Shown: positions 48,901 to 59,650 of the stretch, in pieces
Layout of the letters: each line of letters begins with the position of its first letter
Numbering within the stretch: the first letter of the stretch is position 1
The notes under the pieces: model-generated
What the model saw: the letters and a program-made list of their open reading frames with translations, nothing else
Databases searched by the model: none
Told to the model about the DNA's origin: nothing
Made by a program: the position numbers and the translations under genes
Source: Priapulus caudatus
Lineage: Eukaryota
Direction of reading: 5' to 3'
DNA length: 64,000 nt
NCBI RefSeq assembly: GCF_000485595.1
Contig: NW_014577061.1
Span: 492,824-556,823, forward strand

Positions 48901-51900
48901 GTATATAAGTTTATGTACGTGGTAATAAGTGTGCAGTATAACTGTACATATAATAAACCAAGTAAGAAAAAATCTCAATTTAACGACGGTAAAACATTTT
49001 AGGTACACTCAACTAATTGGTACAAACCTGCCATCCACATGACTGTCACAATGACTTATAACATATGAAAATATAAACTTAGCAGCAATGATTCTAGCTG
49101 CAATCCAAAGGTGTGATAACCAATTACAAGCAAATGCAGTAAGCTTCTTAGCCAGCTACACGTGCGATACTTACATAAGTAGTGCTTTGGAGTTAGAGTC
49201 TAGTGAAGCCTTTGAAACCTTTGACATGGTACATCTTATTATTCGTACTTGTGGCTGCTGTTTGTAGACCTCATATTCAATATCACGCTGATCAAATATG
49301 TTCCTGGTTTCAGGTTCCACGACAAACAGAATCACAGCACTGGAAATTATAAAAATACGATTAAGTTGGGTAATAGTCGGATGTTTTATTGAAATTGGTC
49401 TGTTGGATGTCCTAAAACAAGCAAAATTCTACCACTTACTCTTGTTTATTGTAAAGTTTCCAGGCCTCTATCAAACCTTTGGCTAACCCACTTGCAGCAG
49501 TGTTCTCTGGTAGCTGGAAAATGAGTTTAGAACAATGTGCGGGATGGCTTATAAATTAATATTTGATTGCGAGGACAAAGCACGTAAGACGAAAAGGAGT
49601 CAAGGTCCGTGGTTATGACAACTCAGGTTATGTAAATTCACTCATACGTAATTTGTAAACTATGACCACTAAACATACGAAATGCAAATTCACTCTTGTA
49701 ACACAAAATGCAAATTCACTCTTGTAACACAAAATGCAAATTCACTCTCGTGTAATTTTGTAAAAGAATGAGCAGGTTTATATACACGAAAAGTAGCATG
49801 TTCACTCATAGTAAAATTAACGTAATACATATGTAGCAAGTCAAGTGTGTTTTAGTGTTCTACTCTTCACGTGATTAGAGAATGTATGTTCCTACTCCCT
49901 GTAAGAATTCCACCAACCCCACATCAGATGACTATAAAAAATGGCTAAAGGCTGGCACTTATAGAAGAGGGCTGGCAAACCTTTGCTGCTAATGACCCAA
50001 ATTGTGAGTGTAACTTCGAAGTTCCCAGAGCAGTTCAGAATGATCTTAGCTTCTACAGGGAACTGTACAAAAAGAAGGTCCACCTTAAATGTCAACCAAC
50101 TTTTCGGGTGCCAGATCGGAGCATGAAACACCCAAAGCCAATGACAATACTGATAATGAAGGCAAGTCGGCTAGTAACAGTGATCCCCCTCTCTATCCTA
50201 ATAATTTTAATCCTGAACTAGTTTTTCCTTCCCAGTATTGTCATGTTACTGTGTTACATCATTAAATAATTATTGTGTGTTTATAAGCATTTACTTGCAT
50301 TTATAGTTCCATTGGGATGCATTAGTTGCATAAGCCAGGGTAATACTGCATAACTAAATATATGCAACATGCATATATATATACATTATATGTTTATACC
50401 AAAATATATATATAATATGTATATATAAATGTTTATACCAAACATAATGTATGTGGTAGATAAAATGTTTAAATGGATATACACTTACGTGTTTATCTGT
50501 TTGTTCCACTGTCCAACCCTGTCTCTCTAAAAACCACCTTAAACAATAAAGAAATGTTGGAATGAACTTATTTGGCATGGTACCACATAGACGAGATATA
50601 ATGCACTATTACTGTACTATGTACTATTATGTAATATTACTACCAAACCATATTTTCAGGAAGGGAAAAATTAAAATATCAGTGAAATATACTGCAGAAG
50701 ACTTTTAACTATATAGGGTTGCAACTGTTAAACATTTTAATAGCAATGCCCAAAGTTTGATTCGTTATAATAGATTGTGTTCAACACCATGTGTTTTTAC
50801 ATGAGCCAATATACTGCATCTACATATAAAATTTTCCCTGATTATCTGATTTTGAACAAAGACGTAATGCACTATTAAGTACTTATACCTGTGGAACATT
50901 GAGACCTTAGATGCCAACCCTGCAAAACTTGATGCAATGGCATTTACTTCAATCTGTTTAATTTGCTTTGTATTAGTGTCAAACATATAGTCACTCCTTA
51001 ACATGCCAAAATGAATCTCCTGAAAAACAAGCAACCAATATATGTTATTTTACATTTAAGAACATTCTGTATTGCTTAGTTAACATGTTTACGCAATAAT
51101 ATCATATAAATATCACAATTTTGCTAAATATATGTACTGCCAACAGTTTTTCAGCTTAGGAAAGAAACCCATATGATTGGAACGTGGAAACATTATATTG
51201 TATTTACATTGCCCCATATATGTACTATGCACAAATAAAAAGTAAACACACATGCCTGTGACGTTCCTTCCTTATGTACAGTTCTGCAGATCTCCAACAA
51301 CTTTCTTGTAAAGACATCTACTTCTATGACACTGCAAAACAACGATAGCTCTGTTTAAACAAGATATAAATTAAAAAACATCAAATATGATAGTTACCAT
51401 TACACTTACAGTAATGCTGGTTTAATGGACTTAACAGTATCAAGAACAACGTTCACCTTCGCTGCAATACATTACGGTCTGTAATAAATTTCTGACAAGT
51501 TATTGTTATTAGCAAAGATCGTATATAATAAGACGGGACACTCGACTGAAATATTGGGTCACGCATGATACTATAGCGCCGATAAACAGATGGTGATGCA
51601 TTGAAAGCTGTGAATAGCAGTAGGCCTTGCAAACATACACTGTCCCATCAGTTGTCTGCTAAGAAATGCACCGGTCTACGGTGTTCTGTGACAATATACA
51701 GCAGTAACCACAGAAAGAGATTCAGCAAGGACGATATGTATAATATTTTAGATGTTTAAAAGAACTATAGGGCAATGAATGTGTTTTTCCCCCAGAGAGT
51801 AAATGTCAGTAAGTGTCTACTGCATGCATGCTCTACACAATTTAGAAACGTGGGGGCAGAAGTTACGCACATGAGTAAGAAACACAGACCGACAGCACAT

Positions 51901-54900
51901 TAACTGGCATGTTCAAACAAAATATGCAAACTGAAAGCACATAAAATAATGACTTCTTATCATACTAAACAAGTGCCGCAGAGCGACAGCGCTCATCTAA
52001 CGTCTACTGCGGTGACTCTGTGGTGGAGTGGTGGGATTCTAGTAAACCCTGTTAGTCCCAAATGTGTTTCACATACACGCCGAACCAGTGGAATGCACAG
52101 GATGGTATCCAGGAACCTTCTCAAGAAGAATGTTCGTTGGATCGTATGAAAGTTGCCACGAGATGGCGGCGTACGGTTTAAGGTCTTCAGATTAAAGAAT
52201 GGAAGCTTCCATCATACGTAGTAGGCAAACAACTATTTGCAAGACAGAATAGTTATAACACTCATCCATTTACCATACGCAAGCCTACAGGCTGCAAATT
52301 GCAATAGAGACGCTGGGCCACCTGCAACGCAATTAACGCAAGCAAAACTGGCAACCAACACATGCACTGGCAGGCAGCACTGCAGTGGCATACGTTATCA
52401 TTTAACACATACTGACAGTACAGAATGACATAGAATTATACGATTTAAGGAACATACACCTTCTTTAACCAAATTTAGCTTTTGAAATTTCACTGTGACA
52501 CTTTAAGCGCTCATTACATCCAGCATGTATAGATTCTACTAGCAAACCCCGCAGTCAAATTCTTTCTAACAGACAGTCAACAAATCCAACGTTAACGACC
52601 CTCTTGAGGGTAAAAAGGTTGATCCGACACTTACTCTTTCGCAATGTCAGCAGAAGGGACATTCATGGTCCTTTCAATAAAGCATAAAATAACTAGGTCA
52701 CCGCTGAAACAAAAAGTTTTTCAAATCGCCCGTCAGACCAATGTCCTCCGAAAATGTCTAAAATCTGCTCTGTCCCATTGACCTTTGACCTGTGAGCCTC
52801 CAATTTCGGCAAAGTGATGGCTTTTCCTAACCATGATCTATCCACCGACTAATAAACGAGCCTAGTCGACCGTTTAGATTTGTGCCGCATTCGCATTTCC
52901 TCCTATACCTAAAAAGTTAAGGAGTGAATGTCCCCGCTTCTTTTACACTTCTTGACCTTTGACCTTTGACCCCCAGCTTCGACATCCCAACTCGTTTTCG
53001 GATTACCCCCCCACGTCCCGAATATCGTGACCGTACGTCGAGCGGTTAAGATTTGTGCCCAACTGTTGACGCCCGGACGGACGGACGATCATGCGATTCT
53101 ACAAGCTGCATCTGACTGTCAGATGAGCTAAAAATAGTGATACTTGTTTAAGCAAACACTTTTTATTGCACTGACGGTAATGAATTTCCAATAGACACAA
53201 TTACGTGGGACATGATTTTAATAACGGTCCACAAATCTGGATGCCAGAAATCCGGACCACCTGAGAATCTGGACTTTTTGAAAACTCTCAAACTTATACA
53301 AATACTCTAATAAACTAAAAATAAATAATTAATTTCTATAAAATACCTTCTGCTTTCATTTGTTTACTTATTTTTCTTTTACAATGTTCATTTTTAAACA
53401 TGATTTCAAGCATTACATGCTCATTTTTGTAGTAAATTTTTTTGTTTACATTTTTGTCAAGTGTTGAATTTATATTTCTGCTGGTTTGTTAAACTGCTCG
53501 TTTTGATAAATGAAGCAAGCTGTACTGCATTTGCTAATAAATAAACTATTAAAAATACCTGTTCATCTCGTCTTTATTCCTCCTTAAATTCGAATTTTAA
53601 AACTACTGCCCGAGAATCTGGAAAATCTGGAAATCCGGACCGACCCAATTAATCCCCGAGCAGTTTGGATTTTCAGACTTCTACTGTAGTCTAATTCAGT
53701 GGACTAATATTTTACTCTCAGACCACTACTAAGTATGCAATATTACTCAGTATGCAACAGTAGTAACAGTAGTCAAACATTACTCCGGTAGATTCAAGTC
53801 GTCAGGTGTCCCTCTGTGCTAGACAAAAATTCTCAGCTATATCGTTTACCTTTGCAATACTTCCTCTAGGAATGTAAAGTCAGTTGCTACAGAGTGAATA
53901 AGCTTGTTGACGGCATACTGGACACGCTTTGCCTCCTGAAGTCCAACTCGAGGGAATGGTGACGGATACAGGAGAAATGGTGCATAGTTGACAACCTCTG
54001 ATGACCCGGGTGCTTCAGCTGTCCTCATCACATTTCCTACAATGTAAAGCAAGCATAATATTTCATTCTAATGTTGTAGGAGTAATAACCCAAGTAAGAT
54101 TAACTAAAAATTCGGTAGAATTGATGGATGAAATACGCTCTGTAGTGCATGCAGCATGCACACATTAGTGTCTCCCGCTTTATTCAAAAAGTTCAGATTT
54201 GTCGTGATAGCCGGTGATAAAGTCAGATCGGGCAGCTGTACAAAATATTGCATGCCTCCGAGTGTGTTTTACAATGGATAAATGTGTGCGTAAAACGTCA
54301 TTGAAATATAATAAAAACGTGTTCATGTATTTTTTGTCTGCTAAAGATTTATTTAATCATGAATGATAAAGTCTGTTTAGCATTCCATCACTCTGTGAGG
54401 CAGATTGACTAATTTAACTGTTGAAAAGCTAGAAAAAATGCATCTCCTGGCAAAAGCCCCCAGATTAGGGAAGATGACGATGATGATGACGATTGTGATG
54501 ATACGTCAAAAAGCGCAAATAAGATGACAATGACGACAACAGAGATGGTGACATCGACTAAGAAAAAGGCAAATAAAATGGAAATTATATTTTATTCTCA
54601 TAAGGCCAAAACAAAATATAGGTGTGGTTACGGTTTCCGGACCGACCCTACTTATTCCCAGCGACCCTAAACATTTTATTGTCAATTTTCTTTAAAGTAA
54701 AAAAAAGTGCTGCTTCAAAAGGCACAACGCACATCCTTCGGACATGGTTCGTAAATAAAATATTTCAAGAAAATAAAATGTTTTCCCTACCTACCTACCC
54801 TATTTTTTTCGGCATGTAACGGTAACCACACATACATTTTGTTTTGGCCTAATGTTCTTTATAACACTATACAAGTTCACATTTCAAGGATTTTTCTCTT

Positions 54901-55009
54901 TATCTTCATCCACACCATGCATTAGGTTCCAGTCCTTGGCATCCTCTACAGCTTCATTCAGCAAATCTTCATCCACTAGAGTGCAATATGGCAGTGTGTG
55001 TGGGATCAT
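45846..55009 (-). CDS. GSS: Glutathione synthetase (eukaryotic type), 11 coding exons
   Basis: Exons on - strand: 55009-54916, 54036-53850, 51331-51256, 51019-50889, 50537-50489, 49513-49440, 49339-49175, 48859-48790, 48322-48134, 47507-47236, 45969-45846, all phase-compatible. Motifs [91 protein letters not shown]...[16 protein letters not shown] are characteristic of eukaryotic GSS. Confidence 0.95.
46351..47097 (+). mobile_element. Non-autonomous PIF/Harbinger-like element with MADF-domain relic, in the last GSS intron
   Basis: Imperfect TIR ATGCT(A/C)GCCGCA(C/G)ACTA; recurring subterminal GTATAGTGTGCG motifs; internal frame 46632-46790 [46 protein letters not shown] fits the MADF/Myb-SANT pattern. 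Confidence 0.65.
47236..47507 (-). CDS. GSS: GSS exon ([30 protein letters not shown]...GVVIG)
   Basis: ccgtag / GG|gtgtgt. Confidence 0.92.
48134..48322 (-). CDS. GSS: GSS exon ([17 protein letters not shown]...LYSLDM)
   Basis: ttgcag / ATG|gtaaga. Confidence 0.92.
48790..48859 (-). CDS. GSS: GSS exon ([23 protein letters not shown])
   Basis: tttcag / GAG|gttcgt. Confidence 0.9.
49175..49339 (-). CDS. GSS: GSS exon ([18 protein letters not shown]...KALL)
   Basis: ttccag / AT|gtaagt. Confidence 0.9.
49440..49513 (-). CDS. GSS: GSS exon ([24 protein letters not shown])
   Basis: ttccag / GA|gtaagt. Confidence 0.88.
50489..50537 (-). CDS. GSS: GSS small exon ([16 protein letters not shown])
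   Basis: tttaag / CAC|gtaagt; phases 2/0 bridge the neighbouring exons. Confidence 0.8.
50889..51019 (-). CDS. GSS: GSS exon ([12 protein letters not shown]...MFHR)
   Basis: tttcag / AG|gtataa. Confidence 0.92.
51256..51331 (-). CDS. GSS: GSS exon ([25 protein letters not shown]), probable GC donor
   Basis: ttgcag / CAG|gcatgt. Confidence 0.85.
52691..53134. mobile_element. Helentron-associated (HINE/DINE-like) non-autonomous element
   Basis: TGACCTTTGACC motifs, (GACG)n microsatellite, terminal hairpin AGCTGCATCTGAC-T-GTCAGATGAGCT followed by an A run. Confidence 0.55.
53225..53686. mobile_element. Decayed pogo-like MITE
   Basis: Clusters of AAATC(C/T)GGA repeats at both ends; right end ...CTTCTACTG|TA; AT-rich core. 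Confidence 0.45.
53850..54036 (-). CDS. GSS: GSS exon (GNVMRT...[12 protein letters not shown]...EVLQ)
   Basis: ttgtag / AG|gtaaac. Confidence 0.92.
54604..54849. mobile_element. Tourist/Harbinger-type MITE, copy 1
   Basis: ~30-bp TIR beginning GGCCAAAACAAAAT, TAA target duplication on both sides; second copy at 63241. Confidence 0.85.
54916..55009 (-). CDS. GSS: GSS first coding exon (MIPHTLPYC...AKDWNLMH)
   Basis: ATG at 55009-55007; tttacag acceptor at 55043; G|gtgtgg donor. Confidence 0.8.
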
Positions 55010-55899
55010 CACGCAGTTGGCAGCAGACGAGGTTTGTTTATACTGTAAATGAAAAAAAAGGTCAAGCCTGGTTTACTGCATCAGGTTTTTACACGCCACC
55101 TCACTCGTCAGCATGTGACAAACACATTTCGTAACAAAAAATTAAGTTGCTCAGCTGTCTGAACGTCTGTTGTGCAGACCATTTTACGTGCTCAGGAAAA
55201 TTTGCTTTTATAATATCTGAGGTACTTAATTAGTTCAAGGCTGCCCAGCTAATAGACATCATTGGCAATCCTTTGCACAGGACCTTGAAATCAATGGTAA
55301 GCCCAAGTAACATTCAACAGTCTCGAGTTTACATACTTCAAATTTCCTCCAACACGTAGATGTGTGCGCTGGTGAGTTAGTTAGTGTGTGCATATGTGCG
55401 TGCGGCCGCGTCCGTGTGCATGTGTTTATTATGCTAGGTAGCCCGAAATGAGACGAACTTTGACCTAATGCCACTTAATGCCTATTATGACCTTAATGTT
55501 TGGCAGGTGCCAGTAACTGCAACTTTGAGTTTGACGCTGAACGTTAGGAACGTTGTTGCTGCAGTGTGTCTTGGCCTAATGTGGGGTCCAAACAAACACA
55601 AACATACTCTTGACATATTTCACATAATAGTTGTGGCCGAAACAATAGCGAAGCTTGAGAAGCAGGTACTGCATGCAAAAAAACAGTGGAAGCATAGAAA
55701 AAAATTTTCTCACATGTGTAGTTCAACACAACATATGAGCCAGACACATAGAAAGTCAATACACAAACTTGCAAGTGTTGAAAAGGAGATTGATGCAATC
55801 GTAACTGAAATAGTAGCGAATGCGTTCTCCAGAAAGTCGACAATTATTCCAAGTTAAAACCTAATGGAACCAAGAAGAAACCGTTTGTTTTGGGGATAG

Positions 55900-56170
55900 C
55901 AACCAAGTGCAATGTCATGGTCCACCCATTCAACACTTTGATAGTTACATGCACAAGAGCTGACTAACAATGATAAGTAAAGCAAGCTTTCTACAACATT
56001 CCATTGGATGAGAAAACCGTTTAACGTATTACAGTTTTTTGCATGGTTTTCCTCAGGAATTTAAGAAGGGATGTTGGGAAATCAGGCAATTCATCCCAGA
56101 TTGCTCACTGGAGTCAATTACACATGTTATAAACAATCCCAAAACAGACGAACTCTTCTACTTTTCGTTA
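55900..56170 (+). pseudogene. Possible highly decayed LTR-type reverse transcriptase fragment
   Basis: Broken frames give HPFNTLIV, AFYNIPLDEK and FPQEFK, in the order of the RT motifs SPxNTP / DLxxAFxxIPL / LPQGxK; many stops and frameshifts. Confidence 0.3.
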
Positions 56171-56862
56171 GGAGATGTACACATAAAGATGTGAATACAC
56201 AGCGTGATTGTGTTGGGATTGTCATAAGTAAACAGAGTTAGAAATCATGTGTGTCAATGAGGCAATTAGGACAGGTCCGAGGATTTATGTCTCAAATTTG
56301 TTTTACTTTTAGCTTTGATGGCTTCTCAGACCCAACCCAAGTTAAAGGCCTAGGATAGTTCTACTGGTGTAGCCTTTGCTCCCACTACAGGGCTATACTA
56401 CAACCTGTGTCGGGATCCGGAGAAAAATGTTTACAGTGTGATTTAAACACGAATTTCTAGCTGGCCGGCTATAGAATACAACTTGTATATGCTTTAAGTT
56501 TATTAATGCTAGGGTGATTTTTCATTGTGTCACAGACCACAGCATTGCCGGCCACGCTGTAAACATTCATGTCCGGATCCCGACATCAGCTAGGACGGAC
56601 GGGGATAGTATCTAACTCTAAGTAAGTAGTAAGTATGCGCATGGAAAGAACCCGGCCTTGTAGTTGTACGCTTTCTGCTCTGTACAGACCACAGATACCA
56701 GTTGGACGTTGCTGTCATGGCATGACGTGTTTTGGAAGAGCTCCAGGTGTCGGGTGATATCAGGATTAGTTGAAATATTTTCATGAAATAACTCTCTACT
56801 AACAAATATAACTACGTATCTTATCGCTTGGTAAAATAAATGCTCAAGCTAATAATTAGTAC

Positions 56863-56970
56863 CTTGTAGAGTGCTGTGTACTACAAAACTATATAATTCA
56901 CAAAACTACCGGCAGCCATTTTATTTTTAGAATTTTCCCGCCGGAACTTACACTTGCTCTTTGTTTACAC
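56863..56970 (-). promoter_or_regulatory. Candidate GSS promoter and 5' leader exon
   Basis: The GSS ATG exon has an upstream acceptor, so a leader exon must exist. Here there is an AAG|gtacta donor at 56863, a YY1-like AAAATGGC (56915-56922), and E2F-like TTTCCCGCC / ETS-like CCGGAA motifs (56934-56946). Motif-based inference only. Confidence 0.4.
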
Positions 56971-57302
56971 GTAGACGTATAAGTTGGTGGGCTTTCCAAA
57001 TTCAGCACAGTGTGAGTGTTATATATTCGCTATAACTACTAACACAGCCTACTATCTCGTCTCTTGCGTGTTACCGGGGCGGCTGCCGGGACGAAGTCTA
57101 GTACTACTACTAAGTATTAAAAAAAAAAATTTTAAATCTTACTCAGTAAATTTATTTAGTATTTAGTAATTACTTTGTTGTGGCGTCTATCTGCACATAA
57201 GACTGCACATGTACTATTTTCGACTAGACTATTGCAATTATCGGATATATATTACTGTGTTTTCACGGTTGATACATATTGTGTGAACTATTACCAGCAA
57301 CT

Positions 57303-57590
57303 ATGTCAGACTCTAAAAGAAGAGGCCAACGAGGTGCTAAAGGCGGGAACATCAGCACTAGGTCACTTATAAAAGATCAGCCGGCCTCGTCTAGTATTAC
57401 ACCTAGTGATATTCGTGTAGACGATGATGTATTTACTCCAGACGAATGTGGTGACTGCAAAGACCCAGTGGAGCAGGGGGAACAGGCCCTACAATGTGAA
57501 CTTTGCGAACGATGGTTCCATGTAAGATGCCAGAACATATCAATCCAGTCCTACGAACTTTTAATAAAGCTGGGGCTAGACAGCAATAAT
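57303..57590 (+). mobile_element. PHD-finger N-terminal fragment, probably CR1/L2-type LINE ORF1 relic
   Basis: MSDSKRR...CGDC..ALQCELCERWFHVRCQNI; lacks the final CxxC of the PHD finger; same strand and upstream of the CR1-type RT relic. Confidence 0.6.
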
Positions 57591-57594
57591 TTTC

Positions 57595-57970
57595 TCTCCG
57601 TTAGGTGGGGATTTCAGATCAAAGCGTTCCATGCAGCCTTTCTCACGACAAGTCATTTTCAAGCAGGAACTAAGCCCAACAAGACACTCAGTCACTGAGT
57701 ATCCAAGCTGTGAACCACACTTGGGACATGGAAACTGCTGAATAAAGTTCACCACATAAATTTTCAACATCAAAGAGACGATAGCCCTGAATATGTGTAG
57801 GAGCACTTTTTTCTGAGACAGTGACCTTCTTTGCAGAAGCACAGGCTTCCTCATCCTCATCCTGCAGAGCTGGTTCATCCTCTAGGCAAGCTTTTTTCAG
57901 GGAGCCAGTGTACCGATTCCCTGCGAATCTTCGTTTTGTGGGACGATCTTTCCTCTGCTTTGGGGGCATC
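57595..57970 (-). mobile_element. Frameshifted transposase N-terminus (Mutator-like/Kolobok-type Zn-binding region)
   Basis: MPPKQRKDRPTKRRFAGNRY...GYRLFDVENL (frameshift) CPKC...ECLVGLSSCLKMTC...C pattern; family from remembered motif only. Confidence 0.45.
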
Positions 57971-58134
57971 TTGATCGTAACTATCAACTGTGCATGTACA
58001 TGGAAAAATAAAAATAATTTACTTGTAGACATTACATGGTCCACTTGTTGCACCCCAGGCCTAATACAGTTTATGTGATAATTTCAGTGACTTGTTTTGC
58101 TTTCAATATAAAGTATCAAACAGGCTGGCATTGA

Positions 58135-58932
58135 ATAGATGACATTGATGAAACAGTGGTGAATAACCTCTCCAAATTTGCAGATGACACCAAGTTGTTT
58201 GGGATTGTAGGAACACCGGAACAAGTACACAGGCTGCAGCAGGATCTGAACTCTTTGTTTAAATGGTCAGAGGACTGGCAAATGCTATTTAACCTGGACA
58301 AATGCAAATGTATACATATATATGGGACATGGCAATCTAGAGGCCACATATTACATGAACAATGCACCCCTAGCCAACGCGACGGAAGAAAAAGACTTGG
58401 GAATTATAATACATTCATCGCTCAAACCATCACGGCAGTGTGCGGAAGCAGTCAAGAAAGCCAATAGGGTACTAGGGGTCATCAAAACGTGCTTTACAGA
58501 CAGGTCAAAGCATACAATCATTCCCTTGTACAAATCGCTAGTCCGGCCTCACCTAGACTATGCAGTCCATGCCTGGAGTCCATATCTGGTAAGGAGGTGG
58601 ATATTCGTCCGAGCATCGGACACCTGTTCGTATGCGCTATTCGCCCGAGCAGTTGTTGCGCATGCGCTGTTCATGTTGTATTACATAAATGTAATATAAT
58701 GCTAGTCTAGGGGGGGCGCATACCTAACCACGCTATAGTGTTGTAAGCTCTTGCCTCTGAACACTCCAGTAAACACGTCTGTTTCTGTTCATCACACAAG
58801 CTCAAAGTCCCCGTATGTTTTATTCCCACCGTNNNNNNNNNNACACTGGAGAAACGGAGGGAGAGAGCAGATCTTATTGAAGTCTTCAAACTCATCCAGG
58901 GCATAGACAAAGTAAACTATAGGATTTTTTTT
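58135..58932 (+). mobile_element. CR1-clade LINE reverse transcriptase C-terminal relic (frameshifted, interrupted, spans N gap)
   Basis: SKFADDTKL, LQQDLNSLFKWSEDWQMLFNLDKCK, EKDLGIII, KANRVLG, LYKSLVRPHLDYAVHAWSPY; after the gap TLEKRRERADLIEVFK. Confidence 0.88.
58833..58842. other. Assembly gap
   Basis: 10 N. Confidence 1.
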
Positions 58933-59650
58933 CACTAAATCACATGTCACCCATAAAAGGGCCCTAACCCTTCATAGCCATGCATCGACATAATGTTGTG
59001 TGTGGCTATACAGTAAATACAGATATTTTAATTTGCATACCAAGGCCTGGGGAATCACTCAGTCACTCACTGTATCACTCACAGCACGGCTCCCACCTTG
59101 ACCTCTGATATTTGTGACAAAACTCAAAATCACACCAACATGTGACTGTGAAAATGGAATGAGGCGGTTGTTGACAGTGTTCCTTGTCGTAAATCGTGTA
59201 TTTTAATTTTATTTATTTATTTATTTAGGGGATTATTTACGTATACATCCCATTAAAAGCATTTTAAAATTTAAAATTTTAGATAACTACCAACGATAAA
59301 TACACAAACTCTGACGGGCACTGTGAAATACACTGCTACTGTTAGTGTTAGTACAGAGATCAGTGATTTGCGCAGGCACATGTGCCTTGTTCCCTTGCGT
59401 TTGGCAAGTGCGCCCGATTGTAAACATGTAGGTATCAGGACTGGGAATGAGGTTGCCGCGATTCCGTCAACAGTTTACGACCAGGCAGTGAAAGCAATGT
59501 GTGGAAGTTGTTGCATTCTTGTATTCTATGTCTGTTGTGTTGGTTTTTCCGTACTGCCACCAATATTAGACGTGTGTATGTACAACGTAAACTCATAGAC
59601 GCATTCATTGATCGACCTTATAAGCGTGTTTTGTGTAATAACATTTAATC

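Noticed and set aside
55468..55857. 129-aa ORF upstream of the GSS ATG exon on the + strand
   Set aside because: No recognisable domain or splice structure; likely part of a decayed retroelement.
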